From Chitinophaga pinensis (GTDB taxonomy: Bacteria; Bacteroidota; Bacteroidia; UKL13-3): a DNA stretch of 37,970 nucleotides. The translations under genes and the position numbers were made by a program. The notes beneath the pieces were generated by a model. The model made no database searches. It had not been told where the DNA came from and saw only the letters and a list, made by a program, of their open reading frames with translations. Each line of letters starts with the position of its first letter. Positions within the stretch are counted from its first letter, which is position 1. The stretch lies in assembly GCA_943323675.2 (NCBI GenBank), contig CALPIR020000001.1, positions 1 through 37,970 of the forward strand, written 5' to 3'. Shown here piece by piece: positions 26,035 to 36,167 of the stretch.

Positions 26035-28137
26035 TTATTTAACCGCGCTACCGGGTTCAATATCTTTCTCCGGGCCAACGTTATATAATTTACCAAAATC
26101 GTTTCCAGCCATTAATAACATGCCTTGGCTTTCAATACCACGTATTTTACGTGGAGCTAAATTAGCTACAACCGTTACCAATTTACCTACTAATTCTTCA
26201 GGTTGATAATACTCTGCAATACCACTTAAAATGGTGCGTTGCTCAAACCCTAAATCAACGGTAAGTTTTAATAATTTATCGGCTTTAGGCACTCGTTCGG
26301 CTGTTAAAACTTTACCTACACGCAAATCAATTTTATCAAAATCATCGTACACTATATCGGCCTTAACCGGCTGTAGTTGGTTGGTTTCGCTATTTTCTGA
26401 TGTTAATGCCGCTTGTCTTAGCGAATTTTCATTTTCTGTTTTAATGCGTTGCAAACGATCTAATTGAATTTGAATTTCTTCATCTTCAACTTGTTTGTAT
26501 AAAATTTCGGGTTTGCCCAATTGATGGGCACTTGTAAGTATATTTTCGTTAAACAAGCTGCTCCAGTTTAATTGTGGTGCGTTTAGCATCGCCTTAAGAG
26601 TAAGAGAGGTATGTGGTAAAAAAGGCTCTGCCGCAATTGCTAACTTTGCACAAATTTGAAGTGCATCAAACATAATGGCCTTTACGCTCTCTTCATCTGT
26701 TTTAACTAATTTCCATGGCTCGGTATCGGCTAAGTATTTATTACCTGCACGGGCTGCATTGATAAATTCGGTTTGGGCATCGCGCAATTTTACTGCATCT
26801 AAATTTTCGCGCATATTATGTAAACTCTTTGCAATGCCATCAAAACAAAGAGTACGAGCTGCAATTAGTTTTTCATCTGTTGTATTTTGGTAAACAGTAG
26901 GTATTACACCTTGATAATATTTATCGCTCAATACCATTACGCGGTTTACAAAATTTCCGAAAATACTTACCAACTCACTGTTTACACGTGTTTGATAGTC
27001 TTTCCAGGTAAACTCACTGTCTTTGGTTTCAGGAGCAATGCTGGTTAATACATAACGTAATTCGTCTTGTCTATTTGGGAAATCAATTAAGTACTCATGT
27101 AACCAAACGGCCCAATTACGCGATGTAGAAATTTTATCACCTTCTAAATTTAAAAATTCGTTTGCGGGAATATTGGTAGGTAAAATGTAGTTGCCGTGTG
27201 TCATTAACATCATCGGGAAAATGATGGCATGAAACACAATATTGTCTTTTCCTATAAAATGGACCAAAGCAGTTTCATCATCTTGCCAGTATTTTTGCCA
27301 TTCATTTGATCCATTAAAAAATTCTTTTGTAGCACTAATGTATCCAATTGGGGCATCAAACCAAACATACAATACCTTACCAATGGCACCTTCAATAGGA
27401 ACAGGCACACCCCAATTCAAATCTCGGGTCATGGCACGTGATTGCAAGCCTTCTGTTAACCAACTTTGGCATTGACCTTTGATATTGCTTTTCCAGCCAT
27501 CAAAACGTTTAATATAGTTTTGGAATTGCTCACTTTGTTGAATATCGCCCATGGGTAGAAACCAATTTTTAGTTTCTTTGAGCACGGGCACTGCTCCACT
27601 TAAGGCTGATTTTGGGTTGATTAAATCTGTTGGGTTAAGGGAAGTTCCGCATTTCTCACATTGGTCGCCATAAGCACCCGCATTGCCACAACGTGGACAG
27701 GTTCCTGTAATATATCTATCTGCTAAAAATTGCTTAGCTTCATCATCATAATATTGTTGGGTAGTTTCTTCTTTAAAAACACTTTTATCATACAACGTTT
27801 TAAAAAAGGCTTGAGCCGTTTCGTGATGAGTTTTTGATGACGTTCTTCCGTAATAACTAAATTCTATACCAAAATCTTTGAAGGCATTTTTCATAATGCC
27901 ATTATATTTATCAACCACTTGTTGAGGGGTAATACCTTCTTTTTTGGCCTTAATGGTAATAGGTACACCGTGCTCGTCACTGCCGCAAATAAATACCACA
28001 TCTTTACCTTGCGCTTTAAGATAACGTACATAGATGTCTGCAGGCAAATAACAGCCCGCTAAGTGGCCAATATGAACAGGACCGTTCGCATATGGCAGAG
28101 CGGCTGTAACTAAATAACGTTTTGGTTCTTTATTCAT
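26035..28137 (-). CDS. metG: Methionine--tRNA ligase with C-terminal tRNA-binding (Trbp111/EMAPII-like) domain
   Basis: [14 protein letters not shown] (HIGH motif), Zn knuckle [25 protein letters not shown] (KMSKS variant), and C-terminal [27 protein letters not shown]...ESQGMLL. Confidence 0.95.
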   Translation of the reverse strand: MNKEPKRYLVTAALPYANGPVHIGHLAGCYLPADIYVRYLKAQGKDVVFICGSDEHGVPITIKAKKEGITPQQVVDKYNGIMKNAFKDFGIEFSYYGRTSSKTHHETAQAFFKTLYDKSVFKEETTQQYYDDEAKQFLADRYITGTCPRCGNAGAYGDQCEKCGTSLNPTDLINPKSALSGAVPVLKETKNWFLPMGDIQQSEQFQNYIKRFDGWKSNIKGQCQSWLTEGLQSRAMTRDLNWGVPVPIEGAIGKVLYVWFDAPIGYISATKEFFNGSNEWQKYWQDDETALVHFIGKDNIVFHAIIFPMMLMTHGNYILPTNIPANEFLNLEGDKISTSRNWAVWLHEYLIDFPNRQDELRYVLTSIAPETKDSEFTWKDYQTRVNSELVSIFGNFVNRVMVLSDKYYQGVIPTVYQNTTDEKLIAARTLCFDGIAKSLHNMRENLDAVKLRDAQTEFINAARAGNKYLADTEPWKLVKTDEESVKAIMFDALQICAKLAIAAEPFLPHTSLTLKAMLNAPQLNWSSLFNENILTSAHQLGKPEILYKQVEDEEIQIQLDRLQRIKTENENSLRQAALTSENSETNQLQPVKADIVYDDFDKIDLRVGKVLTAERVPKADKLLKLTVDLGFEQRTILSGIAEYYQPEELVGKLVTVVANLAPRKIRGIESQGMLLMAGNDFGKLYNVGPEKDIEPGSAVK

Positions 28138-28303
28138 AAAATCGGATGCAAATTACATCAATTTGCCCGAAGTATGAAATGTAGTATTAGACAGCAAATA
28201 ACCTTTGCCTATTGTTTTAATTGCAAACACTTTTCTTCTAGTAGTGTATATTGGTGTGAGTTGTTTTTAATCTGATTTGCACTAAACTTGAACTTTAGGA
28301 TTA

Positions 28304-29521
28304 TTATTTACCGGCACTTGTGCCTGCAATAAATCCGGTGGTCCAAGCTGCTTGAAAATTAAAACCTCCTGTAATCCCATCTATATCTAATACTTCGCCT
28401 GCAAAATGTAGGCCTTTTACTTTTTTACTTTCCATGTTTTTGAGCAGTACATCATCTAAAGATATACCACCGCAAGTAACAAACTCATCTTTAAAGGTTG
28501 TCTTTCCTTTAACTTCATACTTGTCATATAAAAGAACGTCAACCAAATTATTTACATCTGCTTTCGATATATCTGCCCAGTTTTTATCTGCATTAATTCC
28601 AGTTTTGGCAAACATGTAGTCTTGCAAACGTTTGGTAAGTTGGTGATAGGGAAATAAGTTTCGCAAATGTTTGGTTGGGTTTGCTGCTTTCAGATTCATC
28701 AACTCATTTCTAACAGCATCTTCCTTTTTATCATTTAACCAACTTATGCTAAGCGTGAAGTCGTAATTAAGTTCGGCTAAATCGCGTGCAGCATATGACG
28801 AAAGCTTTAATATTGCAGGGCCACTGAATCCCCAATGTGTAATTAAAATGGGTCCACTAAACTCATGTTTAGTTTCAATAATTTTTATTTTAGCCTGCTC
28901 TATACTAGTGCCCATCAATTCTGTAATTGAATTGTTGGGTACATTAAAAGTGAAAAGAGAAGGTACAGGATTTTCAATATTATGCCCTAATGTTTTTAAC
29001 CAATTAAACCCTTCCATTTTGGCTTGCCCACCTGTTGTAACTATAATTTTATCGGAATTTATAATTGCGTTGTTAGTATTCAATAAAAAACCACCATCCA
29101 TTTTGGTTTGAATAGATCTGATTTCTGTATTTAATACAATGTTAATTTTTAACTTTTGTACTTCATTAAGTAGGCAGTTGGCAATTGTTTCGCTGTTATC
29201 CGTTGTCGGAAACATACGTCCGTCAGATTCTGTTTTTAGTTTAATACCACGTTGGCTAAACCATTCTACGGTATCTTTGGTACTAAATCTAGTAAAGGCA
29301 CTTTTAAGTGGTCTTTCGCCTCTAGGATAATTGGTCGTGAGTCGGTTATTTTCGAAACAGGCATGCGTTACGTTACATCTTCCCCCGCCCGAAACAAGTA
29401 CTTTTGTGAGCAATTTTCCGGTTTTCTCGTAAATGGTAACCTCGTTTGTTTTATTTGCTGTAGCCGCATGTATGGCTGCAAAAAAGCCTGCTGCTCCTCC
29501 TCCTATTACTGCTATTTTCAC
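28304..29521 (-). CDS. HI0933/YhiN(BaiN)-family NAD(P)/FAD-dependent flavoprotein
   Basis: MKIAVIGGGAAGFFAAI is a dinucleotide-binding motif (GTG start). Also seen: SGGGRCNVTH, ITHWGFSGPAILKLS and GEVLDIDGITGGFNFQAAWTTG. Confidence 0.85.
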   Translation of the reverse strand: MKIAVIGGGAAGFFAAIHAATANKTNEVTIYEKTGKLLTKVLVSGGGRCNVTHACFENNRLTTNYPRGERPLKSAFTRFSTKDTVEWFSQRGIKLKTESDGRMFPTTDNSETIANCLLNEVQKLKINIVLNTEIRSIQTKMDGGFLLNTNNAIINSDKIIVTTGGQAKMEGFNWLKTLGHNIENPVPSLFTFNVPNNSITELMGTSIEQAKIKIIETKHEFSGPILITHWGFSGPAILKLSSYAARDLAELNYDFTLSISWLNDKKEDAVRNELMNLKAANPTKHLRNLFPYHQLTKRLQDYMFAKTGINADKNWADISKADVNNLVDVLLYDKYEVKGKTTFKDEFVTCGGISLDDVLLKNMESKKVKGLHFAGEVLDIDGITGGFNFQAAWTTGFIAGTSAGK

Positions 29522-29726
29522 AATGGCAAAGGTATACCTTTATTTAAAACCTTAAAAGCTAAAGTTTTAATCTCACTATTTCTTGTATCTGGTTTTTATT
29601 TTAAAAGGGGTAATTGACTTAGTAATTAAATAGGCAAGAAAGTTTCTCTGAGGTGCAGCTATTGCAGGACTTGACTCATGTTTATTCAATAAATTTACAA
29701 GGTTTTATAATTCGAAAAGGCAAAAG

Positions 29727-29760
29727 AAAAGCCGCATTTGATTTGTCAAATGCGGCTTTT
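29727..29760 (-). terminator. Rho-independent terminator downstream of rsfS
   Basis: Perfect 15-bp inverted repeat aaaagccgcatttga / tcaaatgcggctttt with a 4-nt loop. On the minus strand it is followed by ttttcttttg. Confidence 0.85.
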
Positions 29761-29779
29761 AAATGCTATAATTTTGATA

Positions 29780-30367
29780 TTATTTTCCTTTAAACTTTAC
29801 TTCTTTGGCATCACCCCAAAGCTCTTCAATGGCATAAAAATCTCTTTTATCGCGTTGAAAAACATGGGCTACCACATCAATATAATCTAATAATACCCAT
29901 TCTAAATTTTCAAATCCTTCGCGGTGCCATGGTCTTTCGTTTAATACCTTAACCGTTTCTTCTTCTGCACTATTAGCAATTGCTTCCACTTGTTTGTCAC
30001 TTTCAGCATGACTAATAACAAAAAAATCAGAACTGGCCCCACGCACTTCACGCATATCTAAAATACCAATGTGCTCTGCTTTTTTCTCATACATACCTTG
30101 CGCCACACACATTGCTAAAACTAAAGCTTGGTCGGCTGTTGTAGCTTTACTGCTTCGTTCTGGACGGATTCCTTTTGGCTTAGCAGTAATACCTTTTTTT
30201 ACCTCAGGCTTTTTTTCCTTGCTTAGTTTTTTAATTTCTTTATCAAGCTCTTGCGCTTCTTTTGCTGCTTTACTTAATTTTTTGGGTGCTGCTTTTTTAG
30301 CCCCTTTTGCAGCGGTTTTACCAGCGGTTTTTTTCGCTGCAGTTTTTTTTGCTGGTGTATTTGCCAT
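29780..30367 (-). CDS. rsfS: Ribosome silencing factor RsfS with ~80-aa N-terminal Lys/Ala-rich (histone H1-like) extension
   Basis: The C-terminal ~110 aa (KKAEHIGILDMREVRGASSDFFVISHAESDKQVEAIANS...EWVLLDYIDVVAHVFQRDKRDFYAIEELWGDA) is canonical RsfS/Iojap. The N-terminus is MANTPAKKTAAKKTAGKTAAKGAKKAAPKK... An alternative internal ATG (Met86) would give a 110-aa protein. Confidence 0.8.
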   Translation of the reverse strand: MANTPAKKTAAKKTAGKTAAKGAKKAAPKKLSKAAKEAQELDKEIKKLSKEKKPEVKKGITAKPKGIRPERSSKATTADQALVLAMCVAQGMYEKKAEHIGILDMREVRGASSDFFVISHAESDKQVEAIANSAEEETVKVLNERPWHREGFENLEWVLLDYIDVVAHVFQRDKRDFYAIEELWGDAKEVKFKGK

Positions 30368-30403
30368 TACTCTTAATAACTTTGATGCAAAAGTAATCTT
30401 TTA

Positions 30404-31153
30404 ATGGATATAAACTCATTAACCCAACCACTACAATTTAAAATCTTGTATTTAGATGTTGTAACATCTACCAATACGCTTGCTCGCGAAAGACTACAAT
30501 TAGCCAAAGCAATTGAGGGTTCGGTTATTTTTGCAAATGAGCAAACCCAAGGCCGTGGGCAATTAAATAGTGTTTGGGAGAGTAATTCTGGTAAAAATGT
30601 GTTGTGTTCAATTGTTTTATCCCCTGTTTTTATAACAATTGATCAACAAACATATTTAAATATGGCTATTTGTTTGGCTATGTTAGATACAATTAAAATG
30701 TATACACCTGATGCAAGTATTAAATGGCCCAATGATATTTACATAAATAAAAAAAAGGTTGCTGGATTGCTATTAGAGAATGCTATACAAGGCGATCATA
30801 TAAAATACAGTATTGTGGGAATTGGCATAAATGTGAACCAATTAGATTTTGTAGTCAAATCGGCTACCTCTTTGTGCATGGAGACGCAACATAATATAGT
30901 GGTTGATGACGTATTACAGCTACTTCTCAAACACATCAACCATAGATATGGTATGCTTAAGCTTAAACAATGGGATATGATTAATAAAGAATATCATCAA
31001 CACTTGTTGGGGTTGAATGAGGAATGTACCTTTAAAACCGAAACAGAAGAATTTGTTGGCGTGATAAAGGGGGTCGATGTTCACGGCCTACTAATGGTTA
31101 AAAAAGGTGATTCAATAATAAACTATCGTGTTAAAGAAATAAGCATGTTATGA
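30404..31153 (+). CDS. birA: Biotin--[acetyl-CoA-carboxylase] ligase, group I (no HTH domain)
   Basis: Contains QTQGRGQLNSVWES, IKWPNDIYINKKKVAGLLLE and GIGINVNQ. 249 aa without an N-terminal wHTH. Confidence 0.88.
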   Translation: MDINSLTQPLQFKILYLDVVTSTNTLARERLQLAKAIEGSVIFANEQTQGRGQLNSVWESNSGKNVLCSIVLSPVFITIDQQTYLNMAICLAMLDTIKMYTPDASIKWPNDIYINKKKVAGLLLENAIQGDHIKYSIVGIGINVNQLDFVVKSATSLCMETQHNIVVDDVLQLLLKHINHRYGMLKLKQWDMINKEYHQHLLGLNEECTFKTETEEFVGVIKGVDVHGLLMVKKGDSIINYRVKEISML

Positions 31154-31878
31154 TAACATTAGCCATAGATATTGGTAATACAAGAACCAAAGCTGCAGTT
31201 TTTATTCAAAACGAATTGATGGTGGAAGAGTATATTCATCATCCTAATGACTTACACCTTCTCATACAAACTCAACAACCTAAGCACGCAGTAATGTGCG
31301 CTGTAGGAGATGGAGCAGACGAGTTGGCTGAGGTGATATTAAAACATCAAATACCATTACTCAGGGTTAATTACAAAACGGAATTTCCGTTTGTAAGTCA
31401 ATACAAAACACCTCAAACTTTAGGCATGGATCGTGTTTCAGGTATTGCAGCTGCGCAATATTTATTTCCCCAAACAAACTGTTTGGTAATTGATGCAGGC
31501 ACCTGTATTACCTATGATTTTCTGTCAAAAAATCATCAATACACGGGTGGAGCCATTTCGCCAGGTTTACAAATGCGTTTAAGGGCTATGCATGAATTTA
31601 CACACAAGTTGCCATATCCCGAATTAATTTGGCCAGAGGATTTTGAAGGGCAAATAACAAATGATGCACTATTAAGCGGGGTTTGTTTTGGAGTAGCCGA
31701 TGAAATAAATGGGAAAATAGAACGTTATACCCAACGATATGGCACTTTGCAGGTATTATTATGCGGTGGTAATACATCAATGTTGGCTAAACACATAAAA
31801 AACAACATATTTGCAGTGCCCTCATTAGTTTTATTGGGGTTAAATCAAATCTTATTATTCCATGTTAATAAAGGCTAA
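31150..31878 (+). CDS. coaX: Type III pantothenate kinase
   Basis: LAIDIGNTRTK, LGMDRV, VIDAGTCITYD and GGAISPG motifs. It has a 4-nt ATGA overlap with birA. Confidence 0.9.
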   Translation: MITLAIDIGNTRTKAAVFIQNELMVEEYIHHPNDLHLLIQTQQPKHAVMCAVGDGADELAEVILKHQIPLLRVNYKTEFPFVSQYKTPQTLGMDRVSGIAAAQYLFPQTNCLVIDAGTCITYDFLSKNHQYTGGAISPGLQMRLRAMHEFTHKLPYPELIWPEDFEGQITNDALLSGVCFGVADEINGKIERYTQRYGTLQVLLCGGNTSMLAKHIKNNIFAVPSLVLLGLNQILLFHVNKG

Positions 31879-33148
31879 AAGCCTATTCAGTATAACGATG
31901 ATACTGTTAGGGTATCATCTTTCGGCACAAAATTTATCCAAATCGCCTTACTCGGCACTTGGTGTTGGTGATATGCAATTTGGCGGCAGCGCTTGGATGC
32001 ACGGTATGGGCCAAATTAATCAAGGCATTAGTTTGCCTAATGCAATTAACAATCAAAACCCAGCCTCGTATAGCACTTTTCAACTTAGTACATGGGATGC
32101 AGCTGCTATTGGCTCAATGGCAAATATCAGCACTAAAACAGCTACTGGAAGTTTTAACACTGCTTCAATGGCTTACATGGCACTTGGCATGCCACTTTCT
32201 CAAAAATTAAATTGGGGGTTAAGTTTTGGATTGATGCCTTATTCTGGTGTTGGCTATAATGTAACGCGTCAAATACAAACTTCAACTTTTAATGGGACAG
32301 AAAGTATTGAAGGGCGCGGAGGTTTGTCCAAGTTTTATATTGGATCAGGCATTCGTGTATACAAAGGACTTGCTTTTGGATTTAATGCCTCATATGTATA
32401 CGGACAAATCCGTAATACTACGCTATTAAGTATTCCTCGTGATTCATTGATGTACAATTTGGTTGAAAACAGAGATCGATATATTGGTGATTTTATGTTT
32501 GAAATAGGTCTGCAGTATCATGATACATTTGTTTATAAAGAGCGTAAATATAGTTTTGGCTTAGGTGCAACATTTGGTCCACAGACGAGCCTAAGTGCCA
32601 CTGATAACTATAATGTACGAACATTGGGTGTAGGTGTAACAGCTCCAACTAACATAGGTAAAGATACAGTAGCAAACTCAGAGTCTGTAATTGGTGAAGT
32701 CATTTTACCAATGTATTTAAAGGGTGGTGTATTTTTTCAGCAAGTAAACAAATGGGGTGTTGGTATTGATTTAGGTTATAATAATTGGGCGAGTTATTTA
32801 GGTATGGGTGTGCGCGATTCACTTAAAAACATGACAAGCATAAATTTAGGCGGATATTACACTCCTGATGCTTTTGCCATAAAGAACTACTTGAAAAGAA
32901 TTGAGTACCGTGCGGGCATGCGTTATGATAATGGGATGCTAAGTGCAAATGGTACTAATGTTTCAACTATCGCATTTTCTGTAGGAGCAGGTTTACCTTT
33001 GGGCAAAACACGTTCTAAAATTAATCTTGCTGCCGAGTATATGATGCGCGGAACTACTGAACAAAAACTAGTAAAAGAGGAGTACATAAGGTTTGTTATT
33101 GGGGTTTCTATCTCTGATAAATGGTTTCACCGCTACAGATATGATTAG
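31862..33148 (+). CDS. Predicted outer-membrane beta-barrel protein (putative porin-like), between coaX and lptC
   Basis: Signal peptide (SLFSITMILLGYHLSAQ), Gly/aromatic-rich alternating strands, and a C-terminal aromatic-rich segment. It overlaps the coaX end by 17 nt and stops 3 nt before lptC. Confidence 0.55.
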   Translation: MLIKAKSLFSITMILLGYHLSAQNLSKSPYSALGVGDMQFGGSAWMHGMGQINQGISLPNAINNQNPASYSTFQLSTWDAAAIGSMANISTKTATGSFNTASMAYMALGMPLSQKLNWGLSFGLMPYSGVGYNVTRQIQTSTFNGTESIEGRGGLSKFYIGSGIRVYKGLAFGFNASYVYGQIRNTTLLSIPRDSLMYNLVENRDRYIGDFMFEIGLQYHDTFVYKERKYSFGLGATFGPQTSLSATDNYNVRTLGVGVTAPTNIGKDTVANSESVIGEVILPMYLKGGVFFQQVNKWGVGIDLGYNNWASYLGMGVRDSLKNMTSINLGGYYTPDAFAIKNYLKRIEYRAGMRYDNGMLSANGTNVSTIAFSVGAGLPLGKTRSKINLAAEYMMRGTTEQKLVKEEYIRFVIGVSISDKWFHRYRYD

Positions 33149-33151
33149 TTT

Positions 33152-33691
33152 ATGCGTCTAATCTCTTGCTGCATATTACTTTTAAATATTATTTTAGTTG
33201 GTTGTGGTGGTAGCAATCCAGATAAGGCTAAGCGCGTTTCACCAGAGCGCGTTTTACCAATTGAAACGGGAAAAGATGTGTTCATTAATTATACCGACAG
33301 TGGATTAACGAAAGCCAGAGTTAAAGCACCTTTATTGGAGCGATATGCCACAGAGGATAAAAATTATACAGAGATGCGAAATGGCATTAGCGTTGATTTC
33401 TTAAATAAAAACGGAACAGTTGAAAGTTTTTTAAAAGCTAAATACGCCATACGTTATGATCGTGAAAAACGCATGGTAGCTAGAAATGATGTTGTGGTTT
33501 TGAACATTGCAGGCGATACGTTGCGCACCGAAGAGTTAATTTGGGAAGAAGCTACCCAGCGCGTTCATTCTGATAAATTTGTTCGTATCACCACCAAAAC
33601 TGAAATTATTATGGGCGATGGTTTTGAATCGGATATTACATTTAAAAATCCGAAAATATATAAAATTCGAGGAATCGTAAATTTGAAGTAA
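33152..33691 (+). CDS. lptC: LPS export periplasmic protein LptC-like
   Basis: 179 aa with an N-terminal membrane anchor/lipobox (LVGCGG) and an OstA/LptC-like beta-jellyroll pattern (TKARVKAPLLERY...LRTEELIWEEATQRVHSDKFVRITT). Confidence 0.7.
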   Translation: MRLISCCILLLNIILVGCGGSNPDKAKRVSPERVLPIETGKDVFINYTDSGLTKARVKAPLLERYATEDKNYTEMRNGISVDFLNKNGTVESFLKAKYAIRYDREKRMVARNDVVVLNIAGDTLRTEELIWEEATQRVHSDKFVRITTKTEIIMGDGFESDITFKNPKIYKIRGIVNLK

Positions 33692-33782
33692 ACATGCCAT
33701 ACACCATTCTGGCAAACTAATAATAGTAGGTTGATTCACTCATTCTAAGTCTAATTCCTTACATTTTTTATACATTGCAAAC

Positions 33783-34130
33783 ATGTTTAAACATCAGCGT
33801 TTGTTAGAAAATATGCACATCCCCATGTGGCTCATTAAGGATACTTGTTGGATGTTACAATTTAAACTGGTTGGTACAATTGTGGCTTTACCAACTATTA
33901 GTATGGCAATATACTTAGTTATTATTACACGTAACTTTCCAAAGCGGTTTTGGCCTAATTTAGCAGTCTTATTTTGGATTGGAGCAAATACTACGTGGAT
34001 GCTAGGAGAGTTTTACAAGTTTGGTTTTACAGTTCCTGCTGTGACATTATTTTTTGCGGGTATTGTAGCCATTTTCGTTTATATATACATTATTTTTACA
34101 AGCCCAAAACCGCAACAATCCAAGGATTGA
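33783..34130 (+). CDS. Small hypothetical membrane protein (3 TM)
   Basis: 115-aa ORF with three hydrophobic segments and Trp-rich interfaces. I recognise no family. Confidence 0.45.
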   Translation: MFKHQRLLENMHIPMWLIKDTCWMLQFKLVGTIVALPTISMAIYLVIITRNFPKRFWPNLAVLFWIGANTTWMLGEFYKFGFTVPAVTLFFAGIVAIFVYIYIIFTSPKPQQSKD

Positions 34131-34256
34131 AAAATTATAACAATAAATTATGGTTAGAATTTCCTTAAATCAAAAAACAAATACTAATTTTACCCGGTTT
34201 TGTAACACGCAGGCAATAAATAGTCACTTCGTTTTGTAGGTTTTTAATAGAACATA

Positions 34257-35579
34257 ATGGATAAAATTAAAGAAAGGTTTGAAGAAATAGGCTTACCTAA
34301 AGCAGCAGAAATTAAAGAATTTTTAAAGGCAAATGCAGATGTTCCAATGGGAACATATACATTAGATTCAGTATCATCTGGTATGAAAGGAATGATAGGC
34401 CTTATCACTGAAACCTCATTGTTAGATGCTGAAGAAGGAATTCGTTTCAGAGGATATAGTATCCCTGAATTAAGAGAAAAACTTCCTCGTTTAGAAGGTA
34501 CTACCGAACCGCTACCTGAAGGCTTGTTTTATTTAATGTTAATCGGTAAAATTCCTACCTATGATGAGATGTACGAAGTAGGAAGCAATTGGACAAAACG
34601 TGCCATTGTTCCCAAACACGTTTTTGAAGTAATTGATGCTTTGCCAATTTCAACCCATCCAATGACTCAGTTTTCTATAGCAATTATGGCTATGCAAACA
34701 GAGAGTGAATTCGCTGCTGCCTATCGTAACGGTGTAAACAAAAAAGATTATTGGGTTCACACTTTTGAGGATTCGATGAATTTAATTGCTCGTTTACCTC
34801 GTGTAGCAGCATATATTTATCGCAGAACATATAAAAACAATGTTCACATCGAACCTAATCCAAAATTGGATTGGGCAGCAAACTTTGCCCACATGTTAGG
34901 CTATGGCGATAACGATGGTTTTAAAGAACTAATGCGTTTATACATGGTTATCCATGCGGATCACGAAGGAGGAAATGTATCTGCCCACACCACGCATCTT
35001 GTTGGTTCTGCATTAAGTGATCCTTATTTGGCATTTTCGGCAGCTATGAATGGTTTAGCGGGTCCTTTACACGGATTAGCTAACCAAGAAGTAATACGTT
35101 GGGTATTGGAGTTGCAAGAGGCTTTGGGTGGTGGCAAACCAAGCAAACAACAAATTGAAGATTATATCAACAAAACAATAAACGAAGGCAAAGTTGTACC
35201 GGGATATGGTCATGCAGTTCTACGTAAAACAGATCCTCGCTTTACGGCTCAAATGGAATTTGCTAAAACGCACATGCCAAATGATGAGTTGGTTAATATA
35301 GTTTGGGATGTTTACGAAGTAGCTCCTAATATCTTGGGAAATTTCAAAAAAATCAAAAATCCATGGCCAAATGTTGATGCTCACAGTGGCGCATTATTGT
35401 TGCACTACGGGTTAAAAGAATATGATTTTTTTACCGTATTGTTTGGAGTATCGCGTGCATTAGGGGTATTATCATCACTAATTTGGGATAGAGCCCTAGG
35501 AATGGCATTGGAACGTCCAAAGTCAGTTACATCTGATTGGATTAAAAATAAAATTGCTGCCCAATCTCAAGCAAAATAA
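34257..35579 (+). CDS. gltA: Citrate synthase
   Basis: Contains HADHEGGNVSAHT, GPLHGLANQEV, GYGHAVLRKTDPR and NVDAHSG. Confidence 0.95.
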   Translation: MDKIKERFEEIGLPKAAEIKEFLKANADVPMGTYTLDSVSSGMKGMIGLITETSLLDAEEGIRFRGYSIPELREKLPRLEGTTEPLPEGLFYLMLIGKIPTYDEMYEVGSNWTKRAIVPKHVFEVIDALPISTHPMTQFSIAIMAMQTESEFAAAYRNGVNKKDYWVHTFEDSMNLIARLPRVAAYIYRRTYKNNVHIEPNPKLDWAANFAHMLGYGDNDGFKELMRLYMVIHADHEGGNVSAHTTHLVGSALSDPYLAFSAAMNGLAGPLHGLANQEVIRWVLELQEALGGGKPSKQQIEDYINKTINEGKVVPGYGHAVLRKTDPRFTAQMEFAKTHMPNDELVNIVWDVYEVAPNILGNFKKIKNPWPNVDAHSGALLLHYGLKEYDFFTVLFGVSRALGVLSSLIWDRALGMALERPKSVTSDWIKNKIAAQSQAK

Positions 35580-36089
35580 ATGTTAACCAAAAGCCTTATT
35601 TATTTATACATCACAGCCGGTTTGTTTATACTTACCGGCTGTGGTTTTTATTCTCATACAGGAGCATCTGTTCCTCCCAATGCCAAAACCTTTTCAGTGG
35701 AATACATCAACAATGTGGCAAGCATTGTTATGCCATCTCTAAGTCAGGTTTTAACAGAAAAACTAAAGTCAAGGTTCATTAACGAAACCACATTAAAGCT
35801 TACACAGCAGGATGGAGACGTGCGATTTAGTGGTAAAATATTAAATTACTCGACATCTCCAGTAGCGGTTCAAGGTAACCAACAAAATGCAGTCAATAGA
35901 TTAACAGTAACCATAGAAATTACTTACCAAAACACCAAAGATGAAACTAAAAATTTCACTCAGCAGTTTAGTAATTTTGTTGATTATCCAGCATCAGAAA
36001 ACTTTTCGGCCGTAGAAATAGATTTGGTAAATAAAGTGACTGACATATTAGTGCAAGACGTTTTTAATAAGGCCTTTATAAATTGGTAA
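35580..36089 (+). CDS. lptE: LptE-like lipoprotein
   Basis: Lipobox LFILTGCG, and size and composition similar to Bacteroidota LptE-family proteins. Its ATG directly abuts the gltA stop (TAAATG). Confidence 0.55.
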   Translation: MLTKSLIYLYITAGLFILTGCGFYSHTGASVPPNAKTFSVEYINNVASIVMPSLSQVLTEKLKSRFINETTLKLTQQDGDVRFSGKILNYSTSPVAVQGNQQNAVNRLTVTIEITYQNTKDETKNFTQQFSNFVDYPASENFSAVEIDLVNKVTDILVQDVFNKAFINW

Positions 36090-36167
36090 ATTGTTGATAG
36101 ATGCCCCTTTATTACTTTCTGCTTTTCATCAATTCAAAAAAAAACCGTTTATTCGCACATTCACCGC

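Noticed and set aside
28149-28155. TAATTTG (minus strand) just upstream of metG as a promoter -7 box
   Set aside because: It lies only about 12-18 nt from the ATG with no -33 element identified. That is too weak to call.
30069-30404. 111-aa plus-strand ORF opposite rsfS (very hydrophobic, A/F/L-rich)
   Set aside because: It is the antisense reading of the Lys/Ala-rich codon repeats of the rsfS tail (GCn/AAA antisense gives Phe/Ala/Leu). It would also run straight into the birA ATG. I treat it as a compositional artefact.
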